A program made the position numbers and the translations under genes. From Octopus vulgaris (taxonomy: Eukaryota), in contig OX597816.1 of the NCBI GenBank assembly GCA_951406725.2, positions 152,024,001 through 152,088,000 of the forward strand: 64,000 nt of DNA, read 5' to 3'. Of the stretch, positions 1-13,087 are shown piece after piece. Positions within the stretch are counted from its first letter, which is position 1. Each line of letters opens with the position of its first letter. A model generated the notes under the pieces. It searched no databases. It had not been told where the DNA came from and was given only the letters and a program-made list of their open reading frames with translations.

Positions 1-429
1 ATTTCTTGCCAATAGAGAAAGAACTGGTTTCTAACCTAGATTTAAGGCTCCTTCATTGGAATTTCAACATCAACAGCAGGGTATTTTTGTATGTATGTAT
101 GTATGTATGCATATATGTATGTATATTTGCGGATTTGTATGTTTTACTTTATGTGTGTCTCCTTATGCATATAGTTGCATATCTAGACATGGTCATATAT
201 ATTTAAATGATAAACTTCTGGAAAGTTTTACAGATCTTTACAGTTTCAGTCATGGATTGGATCTATAGTCTTCAAATTAGCTTTCTCCTTTCTGCGTTTG
301 AGAAGCCTAATTACTCAAAACTGGTATTTAGGCAGTGTGTTACATATCCCAGGGCCCCAATAATTACAGGTATAAACCTAAACTTGTAATCTGGATTAGA
401 GTAACTGCAGATTTCTCAGTAGTTCAGCA

Positions 430-575
430 TATACATTATTTACATTTGATGGATATTTGTCTTGATCGTGTTTGTTGTTAACACAACATTTCGGCTGAAA
501 TACCCTCCAGCCTTCATCAGGTGTCTTGGGGAAATTTTGAACATGGGTTCTCATTCATAAGGTATTTTTTTGATG
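430..575 (-). mobile_element. Penelope-like pseudo-LTR fragment carrying a minimal hammerhead motif
   Basis: Contains the hammerhead fold at 480-525 and lies next to an (ATT)n tract. PLE identity is inferred from the minimal hammerhead type. Confidence 0.55.
480..525 (-). ncRNA. Minimal type I hammerhead ribozyme (C3-G8)
   Basis: Minus strand GACAC-CUGAUGA-A-GGCUG-gaggguauuu-CAGCC-GAAA-UG-UU-GUGUU. Stem I GACAC/GUGUU, stem II GGCUG/CAGCC, vestigial stem III (AAUGUU, probably CpG-decayed AACGUU). Confidence 0.75.
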
Positions 576-596
576 TTGTTATTATTATTATTATTA

Positions 597-670
<74 letters not shown>
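575..670. repeat. (ATT)n microsatellite
   Basis: Direct reading. Confidence 0.98.
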
Positions 671-674
<4 letters not shown>

Positions 675-718
675 TAACTGCCTGGAATCGAACTCGGAAT
701 ATAGAACTGTAGTTCAGC

Positions 719-749
<31 letters not shown>

Positions 750-1055
750 TGTATGTATGTATGTATGTATGCATGCATATGTGTGTGTTTGTATGCATAT
801 GTGTATGTATATATGTATGTGTATATGCTTACATGTATGTATGTATATATGTATGTGTATATGTATACATGTATGTATGTATGCATATGTGTGTGTATGT
901 ATGTATGTATGTATGTTTGTATGTATGTATGCATGCATATGTGTATTTATGCATTTATGTATGTATATATGTATGTATGCATATGTGTATGTATGTATGT
1001 ATGTATGTATGTATGTATGTATGTATGTATGTATGTATGCATGCATATGTGTATG

Positions 1056-1089
<34 letters not shown>

Positions 1090-1275
1090 TGTATGTATAT
1101 ATGTATGCATATGTGTATGTATGTATGTATGTATGCATATGTGTATGTATGTATGCTTATATGTAAGTGTATATGCATACATGTATGTATGTATGCATAT
1201 GTGTGTGTATATATGTTTGTTTGTATGTATGCATGCATATGAGTATGTATACATTTATGTATGTATGTATGTATG
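719..1275. repeat. Degenerate (TATG)n microsatellite
   Basis: Direct reading. It is the source of the MYVC/HTYI artefact ORFs. Confidence 0.98.
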
Positions 1276-1600
1276 AGTGTGAGTATCTGAGTGTTTGTGT
1301 TTCCTTGTCTTCACATTGTGATTGTTGTAAATGAATGTCATTCACTTCCAATAGCCAATATTTTGCAAAAAGATATCTGATCATGTGGAAATATTACCTT
1401 ACTTTGTAACAGGTAAGGGTTGGCAACAGAAAGGACATTTACCCATAGAAGATCTGCCTCAATAAACTCCATCCAACCCATGCAAGTATGGACTCTATAA
1501 GTGGACTCTAAAATATTAAGGGTGATACTATATATGTGCCGAATTTTTTAAATATGCAAAGTCACTGGTTTTAATTGATTAATATCAATCCCTTATTATT

Positions 1601-1640
<40 letters not shown>

Positions 1641-1644
<4 letters not shown>

Positions 1645-2022
1645 TGCAGGAGTGGCTGTGTGATAAGTAGCTTGCTTACCAACCACATGTTTCCAGGTTC
1701 AGTTGCACTGCGTGGCACCTTGGGTAAGTGTCTTCTACTATAGCCTCGGGCTGACCAAAGCCTTGTGAGTGAATTTGGTAGACGGAAATTGAAAGAAGCT
1801 CATCGTATATGTGTGTGTGTGTTTCTGTGTCTATGTTTGTCCTCCCAACATCGCTTGACAACCGATGTTGGTGTGTTTACGTCCCCATAACTTAGCAGTT
1901 TGGCAAAAGAGACTGATAGAATAAGTACTAGGCTTACAAAGAATAAATCCTGGGGTCCATTTGCTCGACTAAAGATGGTGCTCCAGCATGACCACAGTCA
2001 AATGACTGAAACAAGTAACAGA
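1641..2022 (+). mobile_element. tRNA-derived SINE, family B (head + (TG)n + tail module)
   Basis: A-box-like tggctgtgtgataag, B-box-like ggttcagtt, ccttgggtaagtgtcttct, tail ...aatgactgaaacaagtaa. More than 10 copies in the window. Confidence 0.9.
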
Positions 2023-2025
2023 GTA

Positions 2026-2073
<48 letters not shown>

Positions 2074-2084
2074 TATATATTTTC

Positions 2085-2330
2085 TGATGCCACGTAAAAA
2101 GCATTTGTGTCAGTGCTATATAAAATGTACTTGTGCTAGCACCATGTAGAACCACCCATGCCAGCAGCACATAAGAAGTACCCAGCAAACTCTAAGGAGG
2201 ATGGTATTAGGAAGGGCACCCAACCATAGAAAATATGTCAAAACAGACAATTGGAGTCTGGCAAGCTCCAGTCAAACTGCCCAACTCATGCCAACATGGA
2301 AAGCAGATGTTAAATGGTGATGATAGTAAT
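2085..2330 (+). mobile_element. Degraded SINE family C fragment
   Basis: gccacgtaaaaagca...taggaagggcacc...catggaaagcagatgttaaatggtgatgat, homologous to 3570-3830. Confidence 0.7.
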
Positions 2331-3309
2331 GAGAATTATCAAAAGAGAGAACAGTCATTGTCCTAAAAGTGGCATAATATAATGGTATTCTTGTTCGATT
2401 GTTCAGGTAACAGGCAGAATGCATGGCAGACCAGCTACTCTGGAATCTCTGAGCTGTGACTGCCAGTAAAATCAGGAGGTTGTAATGAATGCAGCAGGAA
2501 GGTGGGTGAAGACAGTGGGGAACAAGTGAGAGGTATGAGAGATGAAAAGATGGGTAAACAAGACATACACTAAGGAGCCTAACTCCTGTTGTTAGCTAGT
2601 ATATGTTAGAAACCAAAGGGCAAGGCAGTCAAAATGTTTAGGCTTTGTGGGTTGCATCGAAGCATAAATTACAGCACATAGGTTGAATAAGATCAGATAT
2701 TCTTAAAAACATTATTTTGTAATGTAGGCCAAAGTAAATGAATGAGGAAGTCATTATATATTATAATAACTTTATTAAAAATGCAGAAAGGAAATAAGAA
2801 CTCTTCCACATGGTATATATGTATATACAGCCCTATTAAATCAGAATCTTTGTAATGAGAAAGGAAATAGAATTTGTTCAAATGAATGTATAATTTCTTG
2901 AGAAGATGAATGCATCATAGGAAGCTTGCACTGTTTCAGCAGTAAGACATTTCAATATCGATCATTTCACTAGAATTTATAGGAATGAACATGAGCATAC
3001 ATTTAAAAAAGAAAATAAAAACCCTCTCTGTATGGCTTGGTATGTATAAACAACAGGAAGAGGAAAAACGTCACATATTTTAGTATATGGATTCATAAGT
3101 TTGGTTGAGGATTTAATTGAGGCAGGATATTATTGCTGGATGCTTTTCCTATCATCAACTCTTACCTGTATTTTAATTAAGGAATTTTTTTATTCCATAG
3201 GTCCTTGAAAGTGCAGAGCAACCATACATAATATCAATAATGAATTTAGCTATTTTGTTGGTAACGAAAATAAAACTGGGATGTTAATAGTCACACACAT
3301 ACACACGTG

Positions 3310-3460
3310 CAATGAACTTCCTACAGTTTCTGTCTATCAAATTCACTTACATTGGTAAGTCCAGAACTATTGTAGAAGACACTTGCTCAAAGTGCTGCAC
3401 GGTAGGACTGAACACAAAACCTTTGGTTGTAAAGTAAGCACACAGCCATGCTTGTGTTTC
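3310..3460 (-). mobile_element. Degraded SINE family B head
   Basis: gtagaagacacttgctcaaagtg...ggactgaac...cacagcc is the reverse complement of the family B head. Confidence 0.7.
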
Positions 3461-3569
3461 ACAGCCATGCTTGTGTTTCACAGCCATTACCTACTTATAA
3501 TACACCATTTACTTCACTGTGCCAAAAATGAATAATCATATTTAGCATTTCTCTTCTTTCGCTTGGCCC

Positions 3570-3830
3570 CCATGCCGGTGGCACGTAAAAAGCACCATCC
3601 AATCATGGCCGTTTGCCAGACTCGTCTGGCACCTGTGCCGGTGGTACGTAAAAAGCACCCACTACACTCATGGAGTGGTTGGCGTTAGGAAGGGCATCGA
3701 GCTGTAGAAACATTGCCAGATCAGACTGGGCCTGGTGCAGTCTTCTGGCTTCCCAGACCCCAGTTGAACCATCCAACCCATGCTAGCATGGAAAGCGGAC
3801 GCTAAATGATGATGATGATGATGATGATGA
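3570..3830 (+). mobile_element. SINE family C 3' part with (GAT)n tail
   Basis: Duplicated gccggtggcacgtaaaaagcacc, then ggcgttaggaagggcatc, ending gcatggaaagcggacgctaaa(tga)n. Confidence 0.8.
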
Positions 3831-4795
3831 TATTATACATATTGTTATACTTGGGGATGGTCATATTTTGTCAAATATTTCTTTTCTCTTTCATCCATAT
3901 ATATAAGAGCTATATAAACAGTGTACATAAAGTATATAAATATTTTGATAATGTACAAGTAAGCAAATCATATAAAAAGCGAGAATTTATGAGATACAAC
4001 TTGAAATAAGATATATAAAATAATTTACAAGTTATATAAATTCCAATAAAATGTAATATAACATGTTGATAAGTGTTACATGATGCAATTTCATATGTAA
4101 ATATTTTTCAAAGCTATAAACTTTTAAAAGGAAAGTAAGAAAATCAGAAAATGTTTCTGAAAAATTTATTTGTTCACACTAAATAAAGTAGAATTGTTCT
4201 AGGACAGAGCATCTACTATAGACATGACCACTCTGTCTGGTATTACAAGAACATCTTCCATTTATAAGATTGTAAGATATTTACCAAGTAAAATTTTTAA
4301 ATAAGTGAAATATTTTGATTCAAAGACAGTTTTTCGCCTTACTTTCCCATTTTTTTTTTTACCTCACATGTTTTGACCCAACCTTTTTTTAATAAACCAA
4401 ATTTCAGTTATGTTATCTGAAAATGTAGCTTTTGACTGAACCATCATTGCTAAAAAGAAAAGACTGCATTCAATTTGGTTAAGAACTGAATTTGTAATGA
4501 AGCCTATAAGAGCTCGCGAGTAACTAAAAGTTGACCTTAAGGGTATATTCACCCACTACTGTGGTTGAATGATGTATATGATACTACTATTTCTATGATG
4601 TATATACATGAGATTATAACAAGATATTCGTAAAGTGCTTATTCAGCCAGTAGTGAAAAATTTTCTTTTGTGTGTCTGCACTGACAAAATGGAATGTTTC
4701 ATTATAAGACAATGTTGAGGGGGTTGAATTACAACTGTGGAGAAATTCTATAAAAGGAAAATAATGTGTTTAATGCGGATAAAGGTTATTGGAAG

Positions 4796-5193
4796 AAGGC
4801 AGCGAGCTGGCAGAAACTTTAGCATGCCGGGCGAAATGCTAAGCGGTTTTTCGTCTGCCGTTACGTTCTGAGTCCAAATTCCGCCGAGGTCGACTTTGCC
4901 TTTCATCCTTTCGGGGTCGATTAAATAAGTACCAGTTACGCACTGGGGTCGATGTAATCGACTTAATCTGTTTGTCTGTCCTTGTTTGTCCCCTCTGTGT
5001 TTAGCCCCTTGTGGGTAGTAAAGAAATAGGTATTTCGTCTGTCTTTACATTCTGGGTTCAAATTCCACCGAGTTCGACTTTGCCTTTCATCCTTTCGGGT
5101 TCGATAAATTAAGTACCAGTCGTGCACTGGGATCAATGTAATCGACTGGCCTCCTCCCCCAAAATTTTGGGCTTTGTGCTTCGAGTAGAAAAG
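4796..5193 (+). mobile_element. tRNA-derived SINE family A (Meta-domain-like), dimeric form, with 16-bp TSD
   Basis: A box tggcagaaac, B-box-like gagtccaaattcc, gcctttcatcctttcgggg-type core present twice. Perfect TSD taaaggttattggaag at 4780-4795 and 5194-5209. Confidence 0.93.
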
Positions 5194-5542
5194 TAAAGGT
5201 TATTGGAAGGGCATGTGACTGGGGAAAGAAGAATAAATCTAAAGATGGAAGAAGATCAAGGAGCAACCCAGTTAAACATTAACAATGGAAGGTACAACTT
5301 ATCAATGGCAAATGGTGAATATTTTACGATGTTGATAAAATACATATTGGTATGTCCTATATAAGTTGTGTTTTAGTTTTTATGTGTTAATTTATCTGTG
5401 CTTGTGTATAAGTGGTTTTGTAGCTCTGTGTGTATAATTGTATGTATATATGCGTGGATTAAATTGTTTAACCAATAAAAAATTTTAATTTAAAGCTTTT
5501 CAGATTCTGTATTTCATGTTCTATGAAAATCTATTAAGTATG

Positions 5543-5712
5543 TAGGCGCAGGTGTGGAGGTGTGATAAATTTGCTTCCCAATCACATGGTTTCGGGTTTA
5601 GTCCCACTGCATGGCACCTTGGCAAGTGTCCTCTACTATACCCTCGGGCCGACCAAGGCCTTGTGTGTAGATTTGATAGACGGAAAGGGAAAGAAGCCCG
5701 TCGTATAAATGC

Positions 5713-5770
<58 letters not shown>

Positions 5771-5955
5771 ATGCGTGTGTGTGACCACCACATAGCGACC
5801 AGTGTTGGTGTGTTTATGTCCCCGTAACTTCGTGGTTCAGCAAAAGATACCGATAGAATAAGAACCAAGCTGGTCAATCATTCAACTAAAAATTCTTCAA
5901 AGCGGTATCACATTATGACTGCAGTCTAAAGACTGAAAAAAGTAAAAGATAAAAG
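5543..5955 (+). mobile_element. SINE family B
   Basis: Homologous to 1641-2022, with internal (TG)n. Confidence 0.88.
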
Positions 5956-6953
5956 ATATACATCAGTATATTTTGTATTTCTTGATTTATGAATTTCATT
6001 ACTTACTTTATTACTTATTAAGTGTTTTGTGTGTTATTGTGCGCATGCGTTGAATGAATTTATTTAAAGTTTCTCGATATATGCATTTCATAATACGAAT
6101 CATATAATTCTATTTCGCATATACCAGACATCTTGTTAAAATTCTCCCAACGACTTGAAGTATTTTAAAGTGACACCAGATTATCTTCAAGAAATGTAGT
6201 TTTGATGTAGTTTCACAAACTAAAATCACATTCATTTTCCTAAAAGTTAATAATAAAGAAATTACAAGTATTTAAAGTTATGTAATTTCAGTCAATCAGA
6301 AGCCTCCAATCTGGTGAAAGTTTGAGATACTTCAAAAGGATGGAAGAAATTTAGTAAGATACTATACCAGTGTATAGCATAGTGATCGATATATATCACT
6401 GTATATTAAAATGCAATGAAATATAATAATCTACGCTTAATCTTATTTTAAATATCTTGTGTTAAATTATGCAACAAAATAATGTAAATACATGCATAAA
6501 CCTAAGTAGAAACATATACATGCAAGTCCGTCTAGCTAAGTGCACTTTATATCAAATATATTTTATATAACATTATAGTTTATCGCAATTTGTTGGAATA
6601 TATTAAATCATGGTACTACAGAAGAAGATGTGTTGAAATTTTAAGTAACGTTAGATACATTATTCAAATATATCCACCATTATTCATTAGTGTGTGTAGA
6701 TGGTAATGTCTGTTTAGTGTATAAACACAATACATAATCAGATTTGAAAATTTATACATCCCTACTATTCAAATACTTAGCACACATACTTTCACTAGTC
6801 TATGTATATGTATGCACACACACACACAAATATGCATAATACATACAAGCATATATACATATAGAAAAAATTGCAGTGTTATGTAGTTGTTTAGAACATC
6901 TATACATGTCTTCGTATACTCAAATATGCATACAAACATATATATACATACAT

Positions 6954-7000
<47 letters not shown>

Positions 7001-7037
7001 TTTAAATATACTGATAAATTCACCTTATATTACTTTT

Positions 7038-7613
7038 GGATCTTTACCCTTTGACTGACAGATTAAAACATCTTTTACTCTTAGCGTTTTTGAGAAAAGC
7101 TTATATTTAGGAAGTTATTTCACGTTAAAGTTGTAGTATTTCGGTAATTTCAACCAATCAATGATGTGTATTCAGCTGAATAAAATTATTGCCGTTGTTT
7201 TTCAACAACAACTATCGGCGGTGTATTTTTCGTTTGTCACTGTTATTTATGACACTGTTCGTGAGTTTGTACTGGTTTTAGCTTTAAGGTTAGGGTTAGG
7301 TTTAGGGTTTTAGGGTTAGGGTTAGGGTTAAGGTTTTAGGGTAAGAGTCGTCATAAATAACAGTGGTAAACGAAATATACACCACCGGAAGTTCTTGTTG
7401 ACAAACAACAGCAGTAATTTTATCTAGCTGAATACATGTCATTAATTGGTTGAAATTACCGAAATACTACAACTTTAACGTGAAATATCTTCCTAAATAT
7501 ATGCTTTTCTCAAAAACGCTAAGAGTAAAAGATGTTTTATATGACACATTCTACCAGTGTCCGAAGTTTGAAAGTGCTATTTTTTAAATCTGTCGGTCAA
7601 AAGGTAAAGATCC
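7038..7613. mobile_element. Foldback/MITE with ~210-bp inverted arms, central (TTAGGG)-like repeats and 8-bp TSD
   Basis: Ends ggatctttacc...ggtaaagatcc. TSD ttactttt at 7030-7037 and 7614-7621. Centre ttagggttaggtttagggttttagggttagggttaggg. Confidence 0.93.
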
Positions 7614-7789
7614 TTACTTTTAAATAATGCTTACATATGTGTATGAACGTACAAACACATAGATGTACATATATTTATACAAAAGTATGTACGAATAAAT
7701 AAGGTATTCAAAGTTTAAGTTAATTTTGAAATGCAGATAAGTATAAGTTATTGAAAAATATTTAGATATAAATTCTATCTGAAATAGGC

Positions 7790-7965
7790 ACAAAACCTGA
7801 AATGTGTAAGAAGGAATAGTCGATTACATCGACCCAAGTTCTCGACTGCCATTTATTTTGACGACACCAAAAGGCAGAAACGACGGAATTTGAACTGAGA
7901 ACGTAAAGACTGAGGAAATGATGCGCAGTAATTTGTCTGGCATGCAAACGATTCTGCCAGCTTGT
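7790..7965 (-). mobile_element. Degraded SINE family A
   Basis: gtcgattacatcgaccc...ggaatttgaactgagaacgtaaag...ttctgccagct is the reverse complement of family A. Confidence 0.8.
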
Positions 7966-8409
7966 CAATTAATACATTTAAGTATAAATAAGATTATGAT
8001 ATTTCTTATGCTAAAACTGGGTATTGATAAACTAAATATAAATGAGAAGTTAAGAGTATCGTTATTTTTTACTGAATTGCGAATGTTATCCGTTTGTGAA
8101 TTTTAACAGCTTATAGTATTTTAAAGTTTGAGGAATTATTTCAGAATATTTATTGATTTTATTTTAAAGAATGAATTTTATATGACTTAGTGATACAACA
8201 TTGACATGACTTTTTGTTCTGTCGTTACTATTTGGTATATGATAGGATTTTTCGGAAGATATTGTATTCGTATTGGACACTTCTTAATGTTCATGCGAAC
8301 CCAAATAAAAAAGTAATGGTTTTCCTATTAGGATTATTCAAAGTGTCTGTGTGTTATATCGATTTTTGAAAGAGCTTACGATTAGTCTAATGTATGAAAA
8401 TAGTATTCT

Positions 8410-8650
8410 CTTTTATTCTCTTTTACTTGTTTCAGTCATTTAACTGCGGCCATGCTGGAGCATCGCCTTTAGTCAAGCAAATCGACCCCCAGGACTTATT
8501 CTTTGTAAGCCTAGTACTTATTCTATCGGACTCTTTTGCCGAACCGCTAAGTTACGAGGACGTAAACACACCAGCACGCAATGGGACTGAACCCGGAACC
8601 ATGTGGCTGGTAATCAAGCTACTTACCACGCAACCACTCCTGCGCCCATA
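8410..8650 (-). mobile_element. SINE family B with internal deletion
   Basis: Tail module joined directly to the head at aaacacaccagca|cgcaatgggact. Confidence 0.85.
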
Positions 8651-8759
8651 TGTATGAAAAATCTCAGAACGAGGAAGACGAGAAGAGAAACTAGACGGAG
8701 AGATAGAAGTGGATAAGGTTGTAGTGAATAAAGGAGATTAGAATGCATTGCTGTGCAGT

Positions 8760-9990
8760 AAAATACCTTTGTAAAACATTTTCGTAGTGGAAGACAGGTA
8801 ATTTTGTTATTGAAGCTGCAATTGATTGAAGATATCTGGTTTTTGGTTTAATTTTATTTGGTTAGAAGTTGCTATTATTTGTGAAAAGTTATAGCTGTGG
8901 AGTAGGGAATTTTTATGACCATTTGTATTTAGAAATTTGTGATATTTGTAAATTGGGTAGGAAGTGTTTTGGAAACGGTACAAGACTGTTTTAACTTTTG
9001 AGGTTATCACTTGGAGGCAATTGGGTGGATTATACTAAATTATGCTTTTCTTCTGTTTCTGAGGTTTTGTTTTGTTATGCTTGTGTGGGATTCCTTTTCT
9101 TCTGTATAACATCTTCTTTTGAAGTTACATTGCAATTATGTAAATTTTCTTTAAGGATTGCTACATTAGAAGATAACCGGAAGATTTTGAATGATATAGT
9201 ATGGACTAGGTTATTTAAAATTTTCTAGTATGCTTAAAACATCTAGAAATGTATTCAAATTTTTTGTTTGGTTATCTGTATAGCCATAGGCTGAGATATT
9301 CAGATTTAACGTGACTTCTAAGCAGCTAATTTTGAGCGCGGATATCATTGGTAATTTTAAAACCTTTTTTTTTTTTTTTTCAAGAAAAACTTTTCTCTGA
9401 ATTTGTTTATCGTTTATCTTTTTATTATAATTTTTAAAATAAGACCATCATCTCTGTAAAGTCCTCCAGATATGAAAAGACATATTTGTTCTAATAATTT
9501 TAAAATATATAAACCGACGAGATTTCTTATTTCAGCAGAATCTCTTGCATTCCTTCTAACATGAAAAGGCTCAGAACTCCGCTGTTTAATCCTGTGAGTT
9601 TTTATTGAAAAATAACACGGATTTTCTTGCTTAGAAAATGGTTTCAATATTCAATGAGTGTTACAGTTTTCACATAGTTAATTGTATCATTGTTGCAATT
9701 AATTTGGTGATGGAAGGAGAGTAGCCATAAGTGTCAAACTGAACGAAATGGCATTCTTTTCTATTTTGGTTGGTTGTGAACCGTTCAGCAACAGAAGAAT
9801 TGTTTCAAAGTGATAATGGAGATCGGTGCTTAAATTCGGATATAAAGCAATCAATAACAGATTTACTTACAGGTCCGATATCAGTTTTCGGAGGATTAAT
9901 AAATCTGGTGGTTGGATGATGAGGAAAATTCGGTTAATGATCTTTTAATGTTATATAAGGTCCCTAAGAGGTTAAATGTTCTTTCTAGCA
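8760..9990 (-). pseudogene. Degraded Penelope-like (Naiad-type) reverse transcriptase
   Basis: ORF 9414-9647 contains DSAEIRNLVGLYIL...GGLYRDDGLI, resembling the DGAEVCELVGLYIL/GLYRDDGL signature. Flanks give fragmentary RT-like translation. Boundaries approximate. Confidence 0.75.
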
Positions 9991-10176
9991 TCGACTTAAA
10001 GAGTAGTTTCTTTATTTTTGATGGATGTATTAATTTCGTCTCAGTCAAAACTAATTACATAATAAATTTGACACTAAGTATTTATCCGCCCATCAGTGAA
10101 TGTTCTGTAATTATTCTTTAAACTCTTTTAAAATAACAACCATAAAATTAACACGCTCATGCACGCATACAGACAT

Positions 10177-10207
<31 letters not shown>

Positions 10208-10679
10208 CACAATGCCTCATATGAGGCATTCTCAAGTCCTTTTTAGTTTATATCCAGTTACAGATATAACAACTGTATTCCTGTTTTATCTGTCAAGCTA
10301 TTCTCATGAGTTTATTTTCTTTTTGAATTGCAAAGTTCCTAAATCCACCGTCAACTTTTCCAGACTTTCGTATCTTCTTAATGAAACGATGTTGGAATAG
10401 ACAAAGACACAGACATTTGAATTCTTTTGCTGTTCAATTTATACTTCATCAGTTACTGTTTACTTTTATCTGAGATTGTTGTATGTTATCTGTGTACTTA
10501 TTTTATGAATGCACTGTGCCATGAGTATTGTGGATTTGTAGATAATTCTTTGTGTGAACATGTGTGTGTGTAAGTGTGTTTGTGTACAGATATATACATA
10601 TACATACATACATACATACATACGTACGTACATACATACATACATACATACATACATACATACATACACACACATCTTT

Positions 10680-10868
10680 TATCTTTTGCTCATCCCAGTC
10701 ATTAGATTACGGCCATGCTGGAACACTGAAAGGTTTTAGTCGAAAGAATCGACCCCAGTACTTCATTTATTAAAGCTCAGTACTTATTCTATCAGTCACT
10801 TTTACCGAACCACTAAGTTAGTTGGACGTAAACTACACCAGTTGTCAAGCGGTGGTGGTGAAGAAACA

Positions 10869-10927
<59 letters not shown>

Positions 10928-11025
10928 GTACACAACAGGCTTCTTTCAGTTTCCATCAATGAAATCCTCTCACAAAGTCTTGCTTGGCCCGAAACTTTTT
11001 TAAAAGACAATTGCCCAAGGTAACG
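10680..11025 (-). mobile_element. SINE family B
   Basis: Reverse-complement tail, (CA)n and partial head. Confidence 0.82.
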
Positions 11026-11738
11026 CATATGTGTTTACCATTTTGTTTAGTGTTGTGTGATGTTTATGTAAAGCATTTGTTCCTTGCTATGTGTTCAATA
11101 CTCATAACACAGCACATTCATACTGTTAATACACAAATGACACTAATCTCTCACCAAAAATACACACCCAGCTGATGAGGAAGAAACCTAATGGTTAAAA
11201 CTTCATGTTCCAGCAGTAATGTCTACACCAATCATATTGGGTCTGCCTATTTTAACATGTAGCAACTCACGCCAGTATCACTTCAGCTAGAAGATAAAAC
11301 AACGATGATCTAAGAAACTTCGAGGATGGATCTGAGAGCTTTAATGTACCAGTCAAACTGCATACAAACTCTTTCGAAATTATGAGAAAAAAATCCCTTT
11401 GATAAAAGTCGGTAGCGTTCCGATACAATACAACCTATTTATGTGGTAACATCGTAGTTTCGTCTTGGTATATGTTTGGCTGAAGAAGGTAAAGCAAATA
11501 TGGGTGAGAGACATATCTTGCAAAACCTGAAACCTGCAGGTACCACATTATCCATTTTCCGGGTGTTTCATCTTTCAGATGTTCTCCCTGGAGGTAAGAC
11601 GGTTTTTTTTCTCTATTTTGTTGCACACACGCATTTTTACTAATACATACGCAGTGAAGCTACACTTTAGCGTCGTATTTTTACGTTCGCTATTTCCAGT
11701 AAATATCGGTACTTAGTTGTGCCATTTATTTACTAATT

Positions 11739-11773
<35 letters not shown>

Positions 11774-11934
11774 TTATATATTCGTTTTGCAAGATTCTTG
11801 ATGTGAATTCATGTGTTGGAACAGATATTGTTGTATTTGGGGATGGTCATGTTGCCAGTTTAGCCAATAAAAACACATGCACTATATATTTGGTGTTCAC
11901 TTGCTTCGGCTTAATTTTATATCAATTGTATTTC

Positions 11935-11979
11935 GGCCAGAGTTCTTTCGTCACACTTCTGTGAACGCATCAGTGGTCC
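11935..11979 (-). ncRNA. Hammerhead-like motif, CUGAUGC (A9C) core variant
   Basis: GGACCA-CUGAUGC-G-UUCACA-GAAG-UGUGAC-GAAA-GAAC-UC-UGGCC. Confidence 0.5.
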
Positions 11980-12936
11980 TTTGCTTTCTTCTTTCTTTTT
12001 TTGTGTGTTTCTTCTTACTAACTATCTGCCATTTTGTATTCCTGTAGTATGTGTTTTTATTTGCGCATGCGTATATCCCTGTGTGCGTCTATGTTTTGTA
12101 AGTGTGTGTGTGTGTGTGTCTGTGTGTGTGTGTGTACGTGTGTGTGTGTGTACGTGTGAATGTGTATGGTGCCTGCATTATCAGTATCCCTGTTTATACA
12201 AGTTCGTTTAATTAACTTTTATTTATCTTATTCATTTGTTTATATCTACTTACTTTTTCATTTCTTTCCTTTTTATATTAATTTAATTTAATTTAATTTT
12301 TGTTTATGTATATAGTTATTTAATTCCATTTATTTATCTGTGTATTGTATTATTTTCATATTATTATCAGTTTATGGGGATCTTATTCTGTCATAGGCTA
12401 TGGTGTGTGGGGGGTATGTGTGCTAGTGTTCCATTCTAGTTTTCTATTCAGGCTGGGTTTATCTTATATTATGTGTATAGCTTCCGTAATTTGTCTAAGC
12501 GTTATGTCTTTTCTATGTGTGGACACGATTTTAACTTCTATATTGTTGAGTGAGTCCCCGTGTTGCAGTACGCAGAGCGGAAAAACGGGGATTCACTCAA
12601 CAATATGGAAGTTAAAATCTTGTCCACACATAGAACAGACACAACGCTTAGAAAAATTACGGAAGCTATACACATTATAGAAGATAAACCCTGCCTGAAT
12701 AGAAAACTAGAATGGAACACTAGCACACATGCCCCACACATCACAACTTATGACAGAATAAGATCCACATAAATACTGATAATGCAGGCACCATACACAT
12801 TCCCCACCACCACCACCACACTTACAAAACATAGACACACACAGGGATATACGCATGCGCAAATAAAGACACACACAACAGGAATACAAAATGGCAGATC
12901 GTTAGTAAGGAGAGACACACAAGAAAAAGAAGAAAA

Positions 12937-12981
12937 GAACTACTGATAACGTGACAGAAGTGTGACGAAAGAACTCTGGCC
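12937..12981 (+). ncRNA. Degenerate copy of the same hammerhead-like motif
   Basis: GAACUA-CUGAUAAC-GUGACA-GAAG-UGUGAC-GAAA-GAAC-UC-UGGCC. Confidence 0.35.
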
Positions 12982-13087
12982 TAAATAAAATTTATATAAA
13001 ATAAAGCTGAGGCAAGTGAACACCAAATATATTGTGCGTGTGTTTTCATTGGCTAAACTGGCAACATGACCATCCACAAATACAACA

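Noticed and set aside
551-1276. Many overlapping 100-180 aa ORFs (MYVC/HTYI)
   Set aside because: Translations of the (TATG)n microsatellite. The same applies near 29.4, 38.4, 45.6 and 54.7 kb.
3441-3490. Short direct repeats (19-bp unit), CRISPR-like at a glance
   Set aside because: Tandem duplication without spacers at a SINE end, in a eukaryotic context.
7288-7342. Chromosome end or telomere fusion
   Set aside because: Short, imperfect, single-orientation repeat inside a TSD-flanked element.
10345-10460. Minus-strand CUGAUGA-A-GUAU...AUAC-GAAA
   Set aside because: Stem I and the UH site cannot be formed, and a 4-bp AU-rich stem II is too weak.
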